From a virus (Duplodnaviria; Heunggongvirae; Uroviricota; Caudoviricetes): a DNA stretch of 64,000 nt. Numbering within the stretch: the first letter of the stretch is position 1; each line of letters begins with the position of its first letter. This document shows, piece by piece, positions 9,797 to 19,402 of this stretch. The notes under the pieces were generated by a model. It ran no database searches. It was not told the DNA's origin and saw only the letters and a program-made list of their open reading frames with translations. The stretch lies in the IMG/VR virus record IMGVR_UViG_3300038360_000413. The stretch is one strand, 5' to 3'. Made by a program: the position numbers and the translations under genes.

Positions 9797-10651
9797 ATGA
9801 TTGCAAAAATCACACACGCCAAACAAGAACTACCTATTTACAAACAAAACAACACAGACCGAGTCTTTTTAGATGATGGCTCAAATTTTGAAATTTTCCT
9901 AAAAAACAATTCCAAAAGAAAAATGGCTGCTACAGTATCCTTAAATGGAGAAAAGATTGGGTATGGTACAAAACTATTATTTCGTCCAGGTGAAAAACTC
10001 TTTTTAGAGTCTTTCTATGGCAACGACCCTCAATCGGGAAAACTATTTGTATTCGATACTTATCGAGTAGATGGAGATATACATACACAGAGAGCTATCC
10101 AAGAAAACGGAAACATTAAAATTACAGTGTATGAACCAGAATCTTCTACAGTTCAATTAATAAAAGATATACCATGGAATTTCACAGGTAGTATGCACAA
10201 TCGAGATATGAATCTTAGATCTTTCACACCACCGAAACCATCCTATGGTGATATGATGTGTTATACTTCTAACTGCTCATATGATGGTGATAATATATCT
10301 ATAAACAGCGCGGGTAATGTAGGACTCGGTACAACAAGTCCTGAGGCTCACTTAAATGTTGAAGGAGATATTGAATATACTAACGACGCAATGGAAGACT
10401 TACAAGACTTATCAGTTAAAACAGGCAGAATAGAAGCCGGAGGCAACTCCGATCAACGATTCCAAAGTGTAAACGATAATACTAACTGGATCATTTATCA
10501 AACATTCAACTTTAAAATACTTCCAAAAAGTGAAATTCATAAGTATGTTAAAAACCCACCACAGAACTGCACAGGATGTGGAACAAGAAAGAAAGTGGCC
10601 ACATGGAAACATTGTCCTACTTGTGGAACTAGATATATAAATACTTATTAA
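9797..10651 (+). CDS. hypothetical protein with GNVGLGTTSP motif and C-terminal zinc ribbon
   Basis: Motif NSAGNVGLGTTSPEAHLNV; C-terminal CTGCG...CPTCG. Confidence 0.45.
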   Translation: MIAKITHAKQELPIYKQNNTDRVFLDDGSNFEIFLKNNSKRKMAATVSLNGEKIGYGTKLLFRPGEKLFLESFYGNDPQSGKLFVFDTYRVDGDIHTQRAIQENGNIKITVYEPESSTVQLIKDIPWNFTGSMHNRDMNLRSFTPPKPSYGDMMCYTSNCSYDGDNISINSAGNVGLGTTSPEAHLNVEGDIEYTNDAMEDLQDLSVKTGRIEAGGNSDQRFQSVNDNTNWIIYQTFNFKILPKSEIHKYVKNPPQNCTGCGTRKKVATWKHCPTCGTRYINTY

Positions 10652-10735
10652 GCTACAAAAATAGAATAAATAGGCAAAAAGGCACTCCGTGAAAAGAGTG
10701 CCTTTTTCTTTTCAATAAACAAATCAGGAGTATTA

Positions 10736-11248
10736 ATGCGATTATTAATAATAGCTATATTATTTGCTAACCTAACAGCTGGAACATATGAGTCTTTAAT
10801 TAAAGAATATCGAAGTTTTACAGACGAACAAAAAGAATCATTGCGAGCTTCGTATGAATTTGGATATCCCGCTGATTTGGGGTATACCTTGGCAGCAATC
10901 GAATGGCAAGAATCTGTAGCAGGTAAGTATAAAATCAACTTACAGGATCCCTCAGCTGGAGCGCATGGTATAAGCATTATGACTTATATGAGCAGACACA
11001 AGGATGAAATAACTAATACTCCTTTCAATAGAAACCGGGTGGCTCAGATGCTGATAGATAGCCACACCTTAAGCTGTAGAGAAGCGTTAGACGAATTGTT
11101 AGATTGGCAACGAGTGCATAACAATAATTGGTCAAAGATCGTTAGATCATACAATGCGGGATACAGTTGGAACGGCCCACAAGCACAGAAATACTTAACA
11201 GCTATTAGAGCTAAAATCAAGGTACTAAAAATTTATGTTCAACTTTAA
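10736..11248 (+). CDS. putative lytic transglycosylase (SLT-like), secreted
   Basis: Signal-like N-terminus; AIEWQES motif resembling the SLT catalytic E-S motif. Confidence 0.45.
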   Translation: MRLLIIAILFANLTAGTYESLIKEYRSFTDEQKESLRASYEFGYPADLGYTLAAIEWQESVAGKYKINLQDPSAGAHGISIMTYMSRHKDEITNTPFNRNRVAQMLIDSHTLSCREALDELLDWQRVHNNNWSKIVRSYNAGYSWNGPQAQKYLTAIRAKIKVLKIYVQL

Positions 11249-11792
11249 AGCTATAATAGACTGGGTGCAAAAACCCAAGCCCTATATTACAATAACACCC
11301 CCAAATGAATTCTTACACACATATCCAGAGATATGGCCCCAATGGAAAAGAAATCATAAACTTCCTATAGCAATCATCTGCGATTTGGATGGAACCTTAT
11401 TTCACCCAGGTAATAGGGATCCATTTGACCCGTCAGAATGTGATTTGGATTTACCAAATATACAACTAATGGTACTATTATCTCTTTGGAAACAGGCAGG
11501 TAAAGATATTATTTACATGACTATGCGTGGATGTGAGTTCTATGAACTTACACAAGATTATATAGATAAATATAATTTATGGACTGGAAATTTAATTATG
11601 CGAGCAACTAATGATCACAGAAGTAGTGCTGTAATTAAAAAAGAATTATATGAACAACATGTAAAAGGAAAATATGATGCCTTTTTAGTATATGAAGATG
11701 ACAATGAGGTTGTCGACATGTGGAGAAACGAAGTAGGCATTCAAGTACATCAACCCAATCCGGGTGACTTAAGAAAACAAGAAAAGGAATAA
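11235..11792 (+). CDS. HAD-family phosphatase related to the Pnk phosphatase domain
   Basis: DLDGTLFHPG motif and EDDNEVVDMWRNEVG matching the PseT C-terminal region. Confidence 0.55.
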   Translation: MFNFKAIIDWVQKPKPYITITPPNEFLHTYPEIWPQWKRNHKLPIAIICDLDGTLFHPGNRDPFDPSECDLDLPNIQLMVLLSLWKQAGKDIIYMTMRGCEFYELTQDYIDKYNLWTGNLIMRATNDHRSSAVIKKELYEQHVKGKYDAFLVYEDDNEVVDMWRNEVGIQVHQPNPGDLRKQEKE

Positions 11793-11793
11793 A

Positions 11794-12624
11794 ATGAACA
11801 AACAGATAACAAATAAAAACATCCACTATCTTATGATAGATCCACAACAAGATTTTATGGATTTACCAGACTCAGCCTTGCCTGTGCCTGGAGCCACAAA
11901 AGACATGGATACGGTGGCCTCTATAGTACAAAAATGGGGACACGAGTTTGAGGATATTCACGTAACAATGGATACACACCAAAGATTGGCTATTTTTCAT
12001 CCAATGTTTATAAGAGATAAAAAAGGTAACATGCCTCCGGTATTTACTGCAATTTCACATGACGAGGTTATGAATGGAACTTGGAAAGCGTTTCATCCAG
12101 TACATCAAGATTGGTTAGAAGAGTATACACAAAAACTGGAAGAGCAAGGAAAATTCAGTTTATTTATATGGCCTTACCATTGTCTATTCGGATCATGGGG
12201 TCACAATGTGTATAAACCACTTTGGGATACTCTTCAAGAGTGGGAAGTCAAAAACAATGCACGTGTCAATTACGTACAGAAAGGTCACAATCCTTTCACA
12301 GAGCATTATTCCGCTGTAAAAGCTGAAGTTATTCGAGATGATGACGAAACGACTAATCTTAATAACAAATTCCTGGACATGCTCTCTAATCCTGAGGTAG
12401 ATATAATTCTTTCATCAGGTGAGGCGTTAAGTCATTGCTGGGCGTTTACTCTTGGAGATGTAGCCGACTACTTCTCTAAAGAGGACATCAAGAAACTGTA
12501 CTTGGTTGAGGGAACTTCCTCTCCAGTAGGCGGCTTTGAAGATGCAGGTGTCGAAGCTATCAAAAACATGAAAGCTAAGGGTATGCAAGTCATTCCCGCT
12601 GCAAACATTCCCGATTTATTTTAG
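11794..12624 (+). CDS. isochorismatase-fold hydrolase (possible nicotinamidase)
   Basis: HYLMIDPQQDF start resembling LIDxQNDF; possible catalytic Cys in SHCW. Confidence 0.4.
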   Translation: MNKQITNKNIHYLMIDPQQDFMDLPDSALPVPGATKDMDTVASIVQKWGHEFEDIHVTMDTHQRLAIFHPMFIRDKKGNMPPVFTAISHDEVMNGTWKAFHPVHQDWLEEYTQKLEEQGKFSLFIWPYHCLFGSWGHNVYKPLWDTLQEWEVKNNARVNYVQKGHNPFTEHYSAVKAEVIRDDDETTNLNNKFLDMLSNPEVDIILSSGEALSHCWAFTLGDVADYFSKEDIKKLYLVEGTSSPVGGFEDAGVEAIKNMKAKGMQVIPAANIPDLF

Positions 12625-12636
12625 AAAGGATATAAT

Positions 12637-13401
12637 ATGCCACGTTACACACCACACAACAACAAGAGCTTTAAAATACCAGGACCTGGAAACCTTAAGT
12701 TTTCACACGTGGAATTGGAAAAGCTGACAGGAACGGATCAGTATACTATTGTGGAAATAGTAAAAGACATTTCCGGATCTGTATATGGATATGCTACTGA
12801 GCTTCAACGAATACAACAGGAAGTTATAAAAGCTCTGAAAAAGTCTCCAAGAGTCGATAATCTATTAATTCGAAATACATCTTTCAACAGCAATGGTATT
12901 GTCGAAGACCATGGATATGACTTATTGGCAGATATTGATGAAAGCCAGTATCCAGTTCCACGCTGCGGCGGAGGAACTCCTCTTTATGATGCTACATTTC
13001 AATCTGTTAAATCAATGCATGCTTTCGGTTCTAAATTATGGAAAAAAGAATTTACCGTCAACGGGCTTATTTTTGTAATAACAGATGGATCTGAAAACTA
13101 TTCCCACATCATTCGAAATGCCTCAGAAGTAAAGGACGCAGTAAATGCGTTAATGGCAGATGAGGAAGCTTTGGAAGAAATTAATGTAGTTCTAATTGGA
13201 GTTAACATTAATGCCTATCGCAAAGCACTAGAAGACTTTCAAAAAGAAAGTGGAATCGTTCAATTTATCGACATTGAAACTGCCGACGAATCGAGCATTG
13301 CCAAAATAATTGGGTTTATTTCCAGAAGTGTTAGTTCCTCTAGTCAGGCACTACTCACAGGTGGAAAATCTCAACAAGTAAGTATCTCCTTAGAGATATA
13401 A
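12637..13401 (+). CDS. vWA-domain protein (TerY-like)
   Basis: MIDAS motif DISGSV and downstream ITDGSEN. Confidence 0.55.
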   Translation: MPRYTPHNNKSFKIPGPGNLKFSHVELEKLTGTDQYTIVEIVKDISGSVYGYATELQRIQQEVIKALKKSPRVDNLLIRNTSFNSNGIVEDHGYDLLADIDESQYPVPRCGGGTPLYDATFQSVKSMHAFGSKLWKKEFTVNGLIFVITDGSENYSHIIRNASEVKDAVNALMADEEALEEINVVLIGVNINAYRKALEDFQKESGIVQFIDIETADESSIAKIIGFISRSVSSSSQALLTGGKSQQVSISLEI

Positions 13402-13534
13402 GAAAGGATTAAGGAAGAAGGTATTAGAATGGTGGCGAAAGATAGCCGCAAATAGTAGAGCAAATATCCATGGCAGCTGACGTCGTGGTTCGATGATAGC
13501 ATTGAAATAATATGTACAGCTCGAAAAAATCATC

Positions 13535-14425
13535 GTGCAGGTATCGAATCCTGTCCATTCTAATACCTTTTTTCCAAAACACATTATGAAGCAAACAAAT
13601 ATAGATAAATTTAGTACGAAAGGAAGCACCCATAAGATCAATCAAGATTACGCATACGTAGAATCTTTAGAAGATGCCAAACTACTTGTTGTCTCAGATG
13701 GATGCTCCAGTGGAAGACTAGTTAGTATCGGATCTAGAATGATGTGTATGCTAGCAACTACGTACTTAAAAACCGCACAATATATAGACGAATTTATTAG
13801 ATTTCCTCGAACATTTGAAATGGCACTAACGGACGGATTGACCGAATTGTTAGATAACGAGGCGCTTGGACTACAAAAGGAAGATCTATTAGCTACAATT
13901 CTAGCCATATATTATGATAATAAAACATCCAGCTACGCATTAAAATATATAGGTGATGGATACATTCTGATAGAATATACATCAGGAGCCGTTATACTGG
14001 AAGAGTTGACATATGATGAAAATAAACCTATGTATCCCATATACTTAACTTCGAAATACGAACTCTCCTCTCCTTGTACTTTAAATCAAAAGTGGTACAT
14101 GAAAGAAAACGGCATATGGATAACATTGGGAACAGGAACAGGGTACAAACGCGCAATTGATACAATTTTCAGTACTTCCGAATCTGTAAAAAGAATGCAC
14201 CTTATTACTGATGGAATGTCGAGTTTTGTAAACAAAGCTACTTTAGAAAAAATTGATGTTACAAAGATAGCTGACGAAATACTCGCATTAAAATCAGATG
14301 ACGGACCATTCATGCAAAGACGTATGAAACGAATGCTTACTCTTTTTGAGAAAAAGAACATCTTTCCTGAAGATGATTTTACAATTGTAAGCCTTAATAT
14401 AAAGGAGATCAAAAGCGATGCATAA
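13535..14425 (+). CDS. PP2C-like protein phosphatase
   Basis: LVVSDGCSSG and LITDGMSSF motifs resembling PP2C metal-binding Asp motifs. Confidence 0.45.
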   Translation: MQVSNPVHSNTFFPKHIMKQTNIDKFSTKGSTHKINQDYAYVESLEDAKLLVVSDGCSSGRLVSIGSRMMCMLATTYLKTAQYIDEFIRFPRTFEMALTDGLTELLDNEALGLQKEDLLATILAIYYDNKTSSYALKYIGDGYILIEYTSGAVILEELTYDENKPMYPIYLTSKYELSSPCTLNQKWYMKENGIWITLGTGTGYKRAIDTIFSTSESVKRMHLITDGMSSFVNKATLEKIDVTKIADEILALKSDDGPFMQRRMKRMLTLFEKKNIFPEDDFTIVSLNIKEIKSDA

Positions 14426-14750
14426 TTCAAAAGAATTTAAACAAATTATTAAAGAAGTAGCAGAACAAAATAAATTAATCAATGCTATAGAGTCTATAAC
14501 ATGGAGTATAAAAACTATCGACAGACGTATGGACTCAGATGAATGTGCTATTTGTGGATTAGAAGCTTTAACAAGAGATAAAGATGGACCCGAGTTGAGC
14601 TCAATTAGTCTCGATTTAATAGATGTAGACACAAGAATTGAATTAGTCGCTAAACAGAAAAGACTATTAATAGAAGAGCGTAGTAAGGCAGAAAATGATT
14701 TACTAATCTTAAGAGAAAGATTTAAAAAAGATGCCAACAGTAATAAATAA
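14418..14750 (+). CDS. hypothetical protein
   Basis: 110-aa ORF. Confidence 0.35.
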   Translation: MHNSKEFKQIIKEVAEQNKLINAIESITWSIKTIDRRMDSDECAICGLEALTRDKDGPELSSISLDLIDVDTRIELVAKQKRLLIEERSKAENDLLILRERFKKDANSNK

Positions 14751-16467
14751 ACGGACTGGAAAATCGACTCAACTAAATGAAAGCAGTGATTTATTAGGTG
14801 AAGGCGGCGAAGGCAGAGTATTTGGTAAAGGCAACGAAGTATTCAAAATTTATATTAATCCCTCCGATGTAATTTCATTAGAAAAGATCAGAGAGTTACA
14901 GAAAATAAAATACAAAAATGTATTTATTCCAAAAGATATGTTAGTAGATCGACATGGTAAGCCTATAGGGTTCACAACAAATAGGGTGAAGAATTTCACG
15001 TATTTGACTCGATTATTTATTACAAGTTTTTGGGATAAGAATAATATCACAGTTGACAACATTGTAGCTTTAACAAAAGAAATGCAACACACGATCAAGC
15101 ATATACATGCACAACAAGTATTAATGGTTGACGGCAACGAGATGAATTATCTTGTAGATAGTAAAACTTATCAGATACCATACTTTATTGATGTAAACGC
15201 TTGGCAGACTCCAAGTTATCCTGCAACAGTAATTATGCCCAACATAAGAGATCATCATTCTTCTAAGTTTTCTGAATTTACAGATTGGTTCTCTTTTGGA
15301 ATAGTATCCTGTCAACTTTTTACAGGATTACACCCATACAAGGGCAGACATCCTCAGTATGCTGGAAGAAAGCAACTAGAAGCTCGTATGAAAGCGAACG
15401 TATCCATTTTCAACAAAGACACTAAAATACCAGGAGCGGTAAGAGATTTAGCTATTATTCCTCCCAACCTCAAAGAATGGTATATTAGAATGTTTGAAAA
15501 GGGAGAAAGATTAGAACCTCCAATGATCGGCAAACACACATTTACGTTTGAAGACAAACCGGTGGTTATTACTAACGAAAACTTCTATGTTCAAATGCTA
15601 GTATCCCTACCACATACTATTACACATCACTACGGAACAAGTGAAAATGATTATCTACAAACAAAAGAAAAAGTATATCAATATGATTTTATCACAAAAG
15701 CTTTAAAAGAATATGATTTAGTAAATAAGAACTCTAGAATATTAATTGACCCGATCCAAGATCAAAAAGCTTATGAAGTGTTTATTGAAAACACACATTT
15801 GCATATAAGAACCTTAGGTCAGTCAACAATTTCTGATACTAAATATAAAGCTGACGAAATTATGATTATAGATAATCGATTATACATAAAAACAGATGAT
15901 AAATTCCAACTAATGCGACTTTTCAAAGGTAGAACAGGACCAATGGTTGCGTCGGCTACAACTTTAAACGTAGCGGCCCAAGCCACACAACTGTTTGATG
16001 GAATGTTGTACTCACTTATAGGACAAAAACATTATCTGTATTTTCCCCAAAAAAATAACATAATTAAAACATTCATATCGGAACATTTGACGGATAGACG
16101 AGTATTAGATGCTAAGTACGAAAATGGTATTTGTATGCTCCGAACAATGAATAAGAAGACCGGTATTGAAGAATATGTATTATATATGAATGTAAATGAT
16201 GCCACGGACGTACAAATTAAACCTACGACGGTATCAATACTAAACTTTGTGTCTCTGCAAAAAAAGAGCTCACCTTTTGTATATCTCCATGAAGACGGCA
16301 AACTAACCCTTCTTCCAAAAGATGGCAGTACAGCAGGAAAAGTTGTAGAGCATAGAAACTTAACGACGAATTTGAAGTTGACGAGATCGGGTGATAGAGT
16401 AGGGTTGCTAACAAGGCACAAGTTCTATCGGGTCTCAACAAAAAAGTCAACAAGAAAAAATAACTAG
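14731..16467 (+). CDS. protein kinase-like protein
   Basis: Gly-rich loop LGEGGEGRVFGKG followed by VFKIY lysine; 578 aa; ends in TAG. Confidence 0.45.
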   Translation: MPTVINKRTGKSTQLNESSDLLGEGGEGRVFGKGNEVFKIYINPSDVISLEKIRELQKIKYKNVFIPKDMLVDRHGKPIGFTTNRVKNFTYLTRLFITSFWDKNNITVDNIVALTKEMQHTIKHIHAQQVLMVDGNEMNYLVDSKTYQIPYFIDVNAWQTPSYPATVIMPNIRDHHSSKFSEFTDWFSFGIVSCQLFTGLHPYKGRHPQYAGRKQLEARMKANVSIFNKDTKIPGAVRDLAIIPPNLKEWYIRMFEKGERLEPPMIGKHTFTFEDKPVVITNENFYVQMLVSLPHTITHHYGTSENDYLQTKEKVYQYDFITKALKEYDLVNKNSRILIDPIQDQKAYEVFIENTHLHIRTLGQSTISDTKYKADEIMIIDNRLYIKTDDKFQLMRLFKGRTGPMVASATTLNVAAQATQLFDGMLYSLIGQKHYLYFPQKNNIIKTFISEHLTDRRVLDAKYENGICMLRTMNKKTGIEEYVLYMNVNDATDVQIKPTTVSILNFVSLQKKSSPFVYLHEDGKLTLLPKDGSTAGKVVEHRNLTTNLKLTRSGDRVGLLTRHKFYRVSTKKSTRKNN

Positions 16468-16484
16468 GAAACCAACATAATATT

Positions 16485-16814
16485 ATGAACAGAATCGAAG
16501 CAAAAAACTTGGTAATAGCAGAAGATAAAGAAACTACTTACGAATTGTATTTACCAGAGTTTGTAAAAAGTGAAGTAAGCATTAAGATGTCGCCTACCCA
16601 TTTAATCGTAAAAACAGCAGATATGACAGGATTACGTGACGTGATACAGCAAGGATTTGAAAACAAATTCCGCTTGTACTCATCAGACGCAACTCCTAAG
16701 AAAAATGATAGATTTCTTACGAAGAATATCAAAGCTGAAATGAACGGATTTTATCTTTTAATTACTATTCCAATCGCTGAAAAATATCACTCAACTGAAA
16801 TTGAAATAGCGTAG
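16485..16814 (+). CDS. hypothetical protein
   Basis: 109-aa ORF; ends in TAG. Confidence 0.35.
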   Translation: MNRIEAKNLVIAEDKETTYELYLPEFVKSEVSIKMSPTHLIVKTADMTGLRDVIQQGFENKFRLYSSDATPKKNDRFLTKNIKAEMNGFYLLITIPIAEKYHSTEIEIA

Positions 16815-16840
16815 TTGGGAAAAAAGACTTGACAACGCTC

Positions 16841-16875
16841 ATATAAGGGTGTATTATAAAATATGTATAATATTA
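16841..16875 (+). promoter_or_regulatory. sigma70-like promoter (TTGACA-17-TATTAT)
   Basis: CTTGACAACGCTCATATAAGGGTGTATTATAAA. Confidence 0.4.
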
Positions 16876-16999
16876 TAGTAAGATTATCGGATTATCAAAG
16901 CCTCTGTATTACCCAGGCCAATGGGCATGGTGTACCTGCAGAACGTTTTAAAAATACGGGCTTTATGCTATAAATAATTTAATATTTTATAAGTTTTTT

Positions 17000-17037
17000 A
17001 AAGCCCGGCAAAGAGAGATCTAACCGGGCTTTTTTTA
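17000..17037 (+). terminator. rho-independent terminator
   Basis: AAAGCCCGG...CCGGGCTTTTTTT hairpin plus T-tract. Confidence 0.6.
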
Positions 17038-17098
17038 TATAATTATAGTTTTTTGACATTGTGAGTTTTTTAAATAGGGCGGCTTTGACCGCCCACAT

Positions 17099-17170
17099 GC
17101 GACTGTGGTCCAATGGCTAAGATTTCTGGCTTCCACCCAGACGATGAGGGTTCGATTCCCTCTAGTTGCT
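17099..17170 (+). tRNA. tRNA-Gly (anticodon TCC)
   Basis: Acceptor GCGACTG/TAGTTGC, anticodon stem TCTGG/CCAGA, loop CTTCCAC, T-arm GAGGG-TTCGATT-CCCTC. Confidence 0.55.
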
Positions 17171-17177
17171 CAATAAT

Positions 17178-17252
17178 GCGAATATAGCTCAGCTGGTCAG
17201 AGCGTAACTTTGCCAAAGTTAAGGTTCGTGGATTCGACTTCCACTATTCGCT
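17178..17252 (+). tRNA. tRNA-Gly (anticodon GCC)
   Basis: Acceptor GCGAATA/TATTCGC, D-stem GCTC/GAGC, loop TTGCCAA, T-arm GTGGA-TTCGACT-TCCAC. Confidence 0.55.
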
Positions 17253-17283
17253 CAAACAATAACTTATTAACAAGGAGTGCATA

Positions 17284-17529
17284 ATGGCACAAAAAGCAAA
17301 ATCCAGTAAAAAAGGAAGAGACAAAGTAAAATGCAAACGTTATTCAGATCGCGAAAGACGAGAGTTTAACAAAGCAGGAAGAGTTGTAAGATACATATTA
17401 GGTAAACCAGGACACGCCGGCAAAGAGATGAAAATTGCTCTACATATAATCGGCGAAGATAAAAATAAAAATCCTGGAGCATTAAAAAAATTTGTTCTTC
17501 GTAAATTAGCTCAACACAATATTTCGTAA
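17284..17529 (+). CDS. small basic protein
   Basis: 81-aa K/R-rich ORF between tRNA genes. Confidence 0.35.
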   Translation: MAQKAKSSKKGRDKVKCKRYSDRERREFNKAGRVVRYILGKPGHAGKEMKIALHIIGEDKNKNPGALKKFVLRKLAQHNIS

Positions 17530-17535
17530 AATAAT

Positions 17536-17632
17536 AGTTAGGTCGTCCAATAGACTAGGATATGTGAAAACGGGTGGTGCAAACCATTGGCGATTAGTAG
17601 CAAATGTAGGTTCAAGTCCTACCCTAACTGCC
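17536..17632 (+). ncRNA. tRNA-like element, 97 nt with encoded CCA, internal fold unresolved
   Basis: Perfect 7-bp acceptor AGTTAGG/CCTAACT, T-arm GTAGG-TTCAAGT-CCTAC, G discriminator and CCA; D-stem GTCC/GGAT; no canonical anticodon arm found. Confidence 0.35.
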
Positions 17633-17990
17633 ATAACGTTTGCTCCTCTGACGTCAACTGTGTGATTATAGCGCACGGGAAGGGGAGCGACCAATTAGAG
17701 GGGGAGTTCTCCGGAGGTCTGCCTTCCAAAGCAGATTGCGCAGGTTCAAGATCCTGTACTCCTCCGCCAATTAACGCAGGTTCGTTTAAATCTAGGACCC
17801 CTCCATTGAGGAGGGAAATGTGGTGTAGTAACCCACACCTGCGGCCAAATTATAAGTAGGAAGTTGGATTAGCGGTACCCATCTTTTAAAGAGTGGGGAG
17901 AGAACTAAAGTTCGAGGATCAGAGTTTATAAACTGAGTGACAGGTGAAAGAAACTGCATCCCTTTGGTGTAATAACACACTACTTATATT
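17633..17990 (+). ncRNA. GC-rich structured non-coding region (unidentified RNA)
   Basis: Local GC far above genome average; only short overlapping ORFs on both strands; a second tRNA-like element (GGGGGAG...CTCCTCC-G-CCA, 17699-17768) and several GC hairpins. Confidence 0.3.
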
Positions 17991-18003
17991 TTTAAAAATG
18001 AAA

Positions 18004-18504
18004 TTATAATTTAGTAGTTGAATGGTCTAAAAGCCAATGGCAATTGGGACACAAATACTTCAAATTAGTCGGTGCATTAACTTCGGCAATTTTGGTAGTT
18101 AAAGGAAAAGTAGAAATTGGTTGAATATGCGCTATTTCCACGTGCGACTCCCAACCACAGTCTTCACAAATTTTAGGACGGTTTTCAAGTTCTAACACAG
18201 ATTTTGCACGACGCCGTATAGGATTATATTTCCAAGGACCTTTTTTATGATATAATTTTTCTTGAATTGTAGCATCATTAAAAGAAGATAAAGCTTTTTT
18301 TCTTCTACAAACATGACAATGTGCATTTTGACGGCTTATTTTATACCCACAAACTATGCAAAGACATATTGCTACTCGTTTTGGATGTTTTCGATTATTA
18401 TAAATTGCTGCACAACTATGTGTACAAAAATTATTTTTAGTCCTTTTAATTTGACTAGGTCTTTTATCAAATTCTTTGGTGCATTGTTTACATTTTACTT
18501 TCAT
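18004..18504 (-). CDS. HNH homing endonuclease
   Basis: CEDCGW...HVEIAH...NLKYLCPNCHWL HNH motif plus N-terminal zinc-finger cysteines; sits on the opposite strand inside the tRNA island. Confidence 0.65.
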   Translation of the reverse strand: MKVKCKQCTKEFDKRPSQIKRTKNNFCTHSCAAIYNNRKHPKRVAICLCIVCGYKISRQNAHCHVCRRKKALSSFNDATIQEKLYHKKGPWKYNPIRRRAKSVLELENRPKICEDCGWESHVEIAHIQPISTFPLTTKIAEVNAPTNLKYLCPNCHWLLDHSTTKL

Positions 18505-18575
18505 GGTTTAATATATAAAACAGAGAGTCGAAAGTCAACACTTATGTTACTTAAGCAACATTTTTAGGATTCAAT

Positions 18576-18650
18576 AGTGCGCGAGTCTGCTAGGTGTAGA
18601 CGTCACTCTGTCACAGTGAATATAGACGGGTTCGAATCCCGTGCGTACTG
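18576..18650 (+). tRNA. tRNA-Asp (anticodon GTC)
   Basis: Acceptor AGTGCGC/GCGTACT, D-stem GTCT/AGAC, anticodon stem TCACT/AGTGA, loop CTGTCAC, T-arm ACGGG-TTCGAAT-CCCGT. Confidence 0.65.
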
Positions 18651-18682
18651 CAAACAAGAAAAATAAAAAGAAAGGAAATAAT

Positions 18683-18922
18683 ATGTTTATAGGTATTCTC
18701 GCAATTCCAATAATTGTATTAACTATAGCAGGGTTTGGTTTTTTAGTATTATCACTAAAAACTAGCTACAAAGGCAAAAGAGCAAAACACTACGGTACCA
18801 TATGTTTAACTTGGGCTGCAGTTATTTGGATCCTTTACATATATGCGCTAGGCGCCACGTATGACGCGTCACCAACAGAAAAAGAACAAGAACAAACGCC
18901 GACAACAGAACAAACAATATAA
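18683..18922 (+). CDS. small membrane protein
   Basis: Two predicted TM helices; RBS AAAGGAAATAAT upstream of ATG. Confidence 0.4.
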   Translation: MFIGILAIPIIVLTIAGFGFLVLSLKTSYKGKRAKHYGTICLTWAAVIWILYIYALGATYDASPTEKEQEQTPTTEQTI

Positions 18923-19033
18923 ACTTACGGGGGTTGGGACTGCAATGGGGTGGTCATTTCTTTTGCACGGAAAAAAACAGACGGAATCGTTCTCCGTAGC
19001 CTCCACTAACACACTAATAATAAAGGACTTGAC

Positions 19034-19306
19034 ATGGATGAACATCCACTAAAATTAAAAGCAGCTGAATATAACGAAGACATGCTATTTGCCGACGGGT
19101 TCGACGAAGCCTTAATAGGAACAGTATCTAGATGTGGTATGAATACAGTGGCTTTATACAATACTTTTAAGTGCATCGAGATACTTATGGTACGCGACGG
19201 TATGACAGAAGAGGAAGCACAAGAATTTTTCGAGTTTAATACCTTAGGTTCTTATGTGGGGGAAAATACTCCATGTTTCACAGAACTATTTTTAGAAGAC
19301 ATCTAA
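19034..19306 (+). CDS. hypothetical acidic protein
   Basis: 90-aa ORF. Confidence 0.35.
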   Translation: MDEHPLKLKAAEYNEDMLFADGFDEALIGTVSRCGMNTVALYNTFKCIEILMVRDGMTEEEAQEFFEFNTLGSYVGENTPCFTELFLEDI

Positions 19307-19311
19307 TTAAT

Positions 19312-19386
19312 GGCGCATTCGTCTAATGGCTAGGACACCAGGTTTTCAGTCTGGGTACAGGAGTTCGACTCTCCTATGCGCTACCA
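19312..19386 (+). tRNA. tRNA-Glu (anticodon TTC)
   Basis: Acceptor GGCGCAT/ATGCGCT, anticodon stem CCAGG/TCTGG, loop TTTTCAG, T-arm AGGAG-TTCGACT-CTCCT, CCA encoded. Confidence 0.6.
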
Positions 19387-19402
19387 TTTACAGGAATCAA
19401 AT

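Noticed and set aside
17506-17980. ORFs 17506-17694(-), 17587-17859(+), 17792-17980(-)
   Set aside because: They overlap each other on both strands inside a GC-rich block that has tRNA-like hairpins. Composition is unlike neighbouring genes, so they were treated as spurious.
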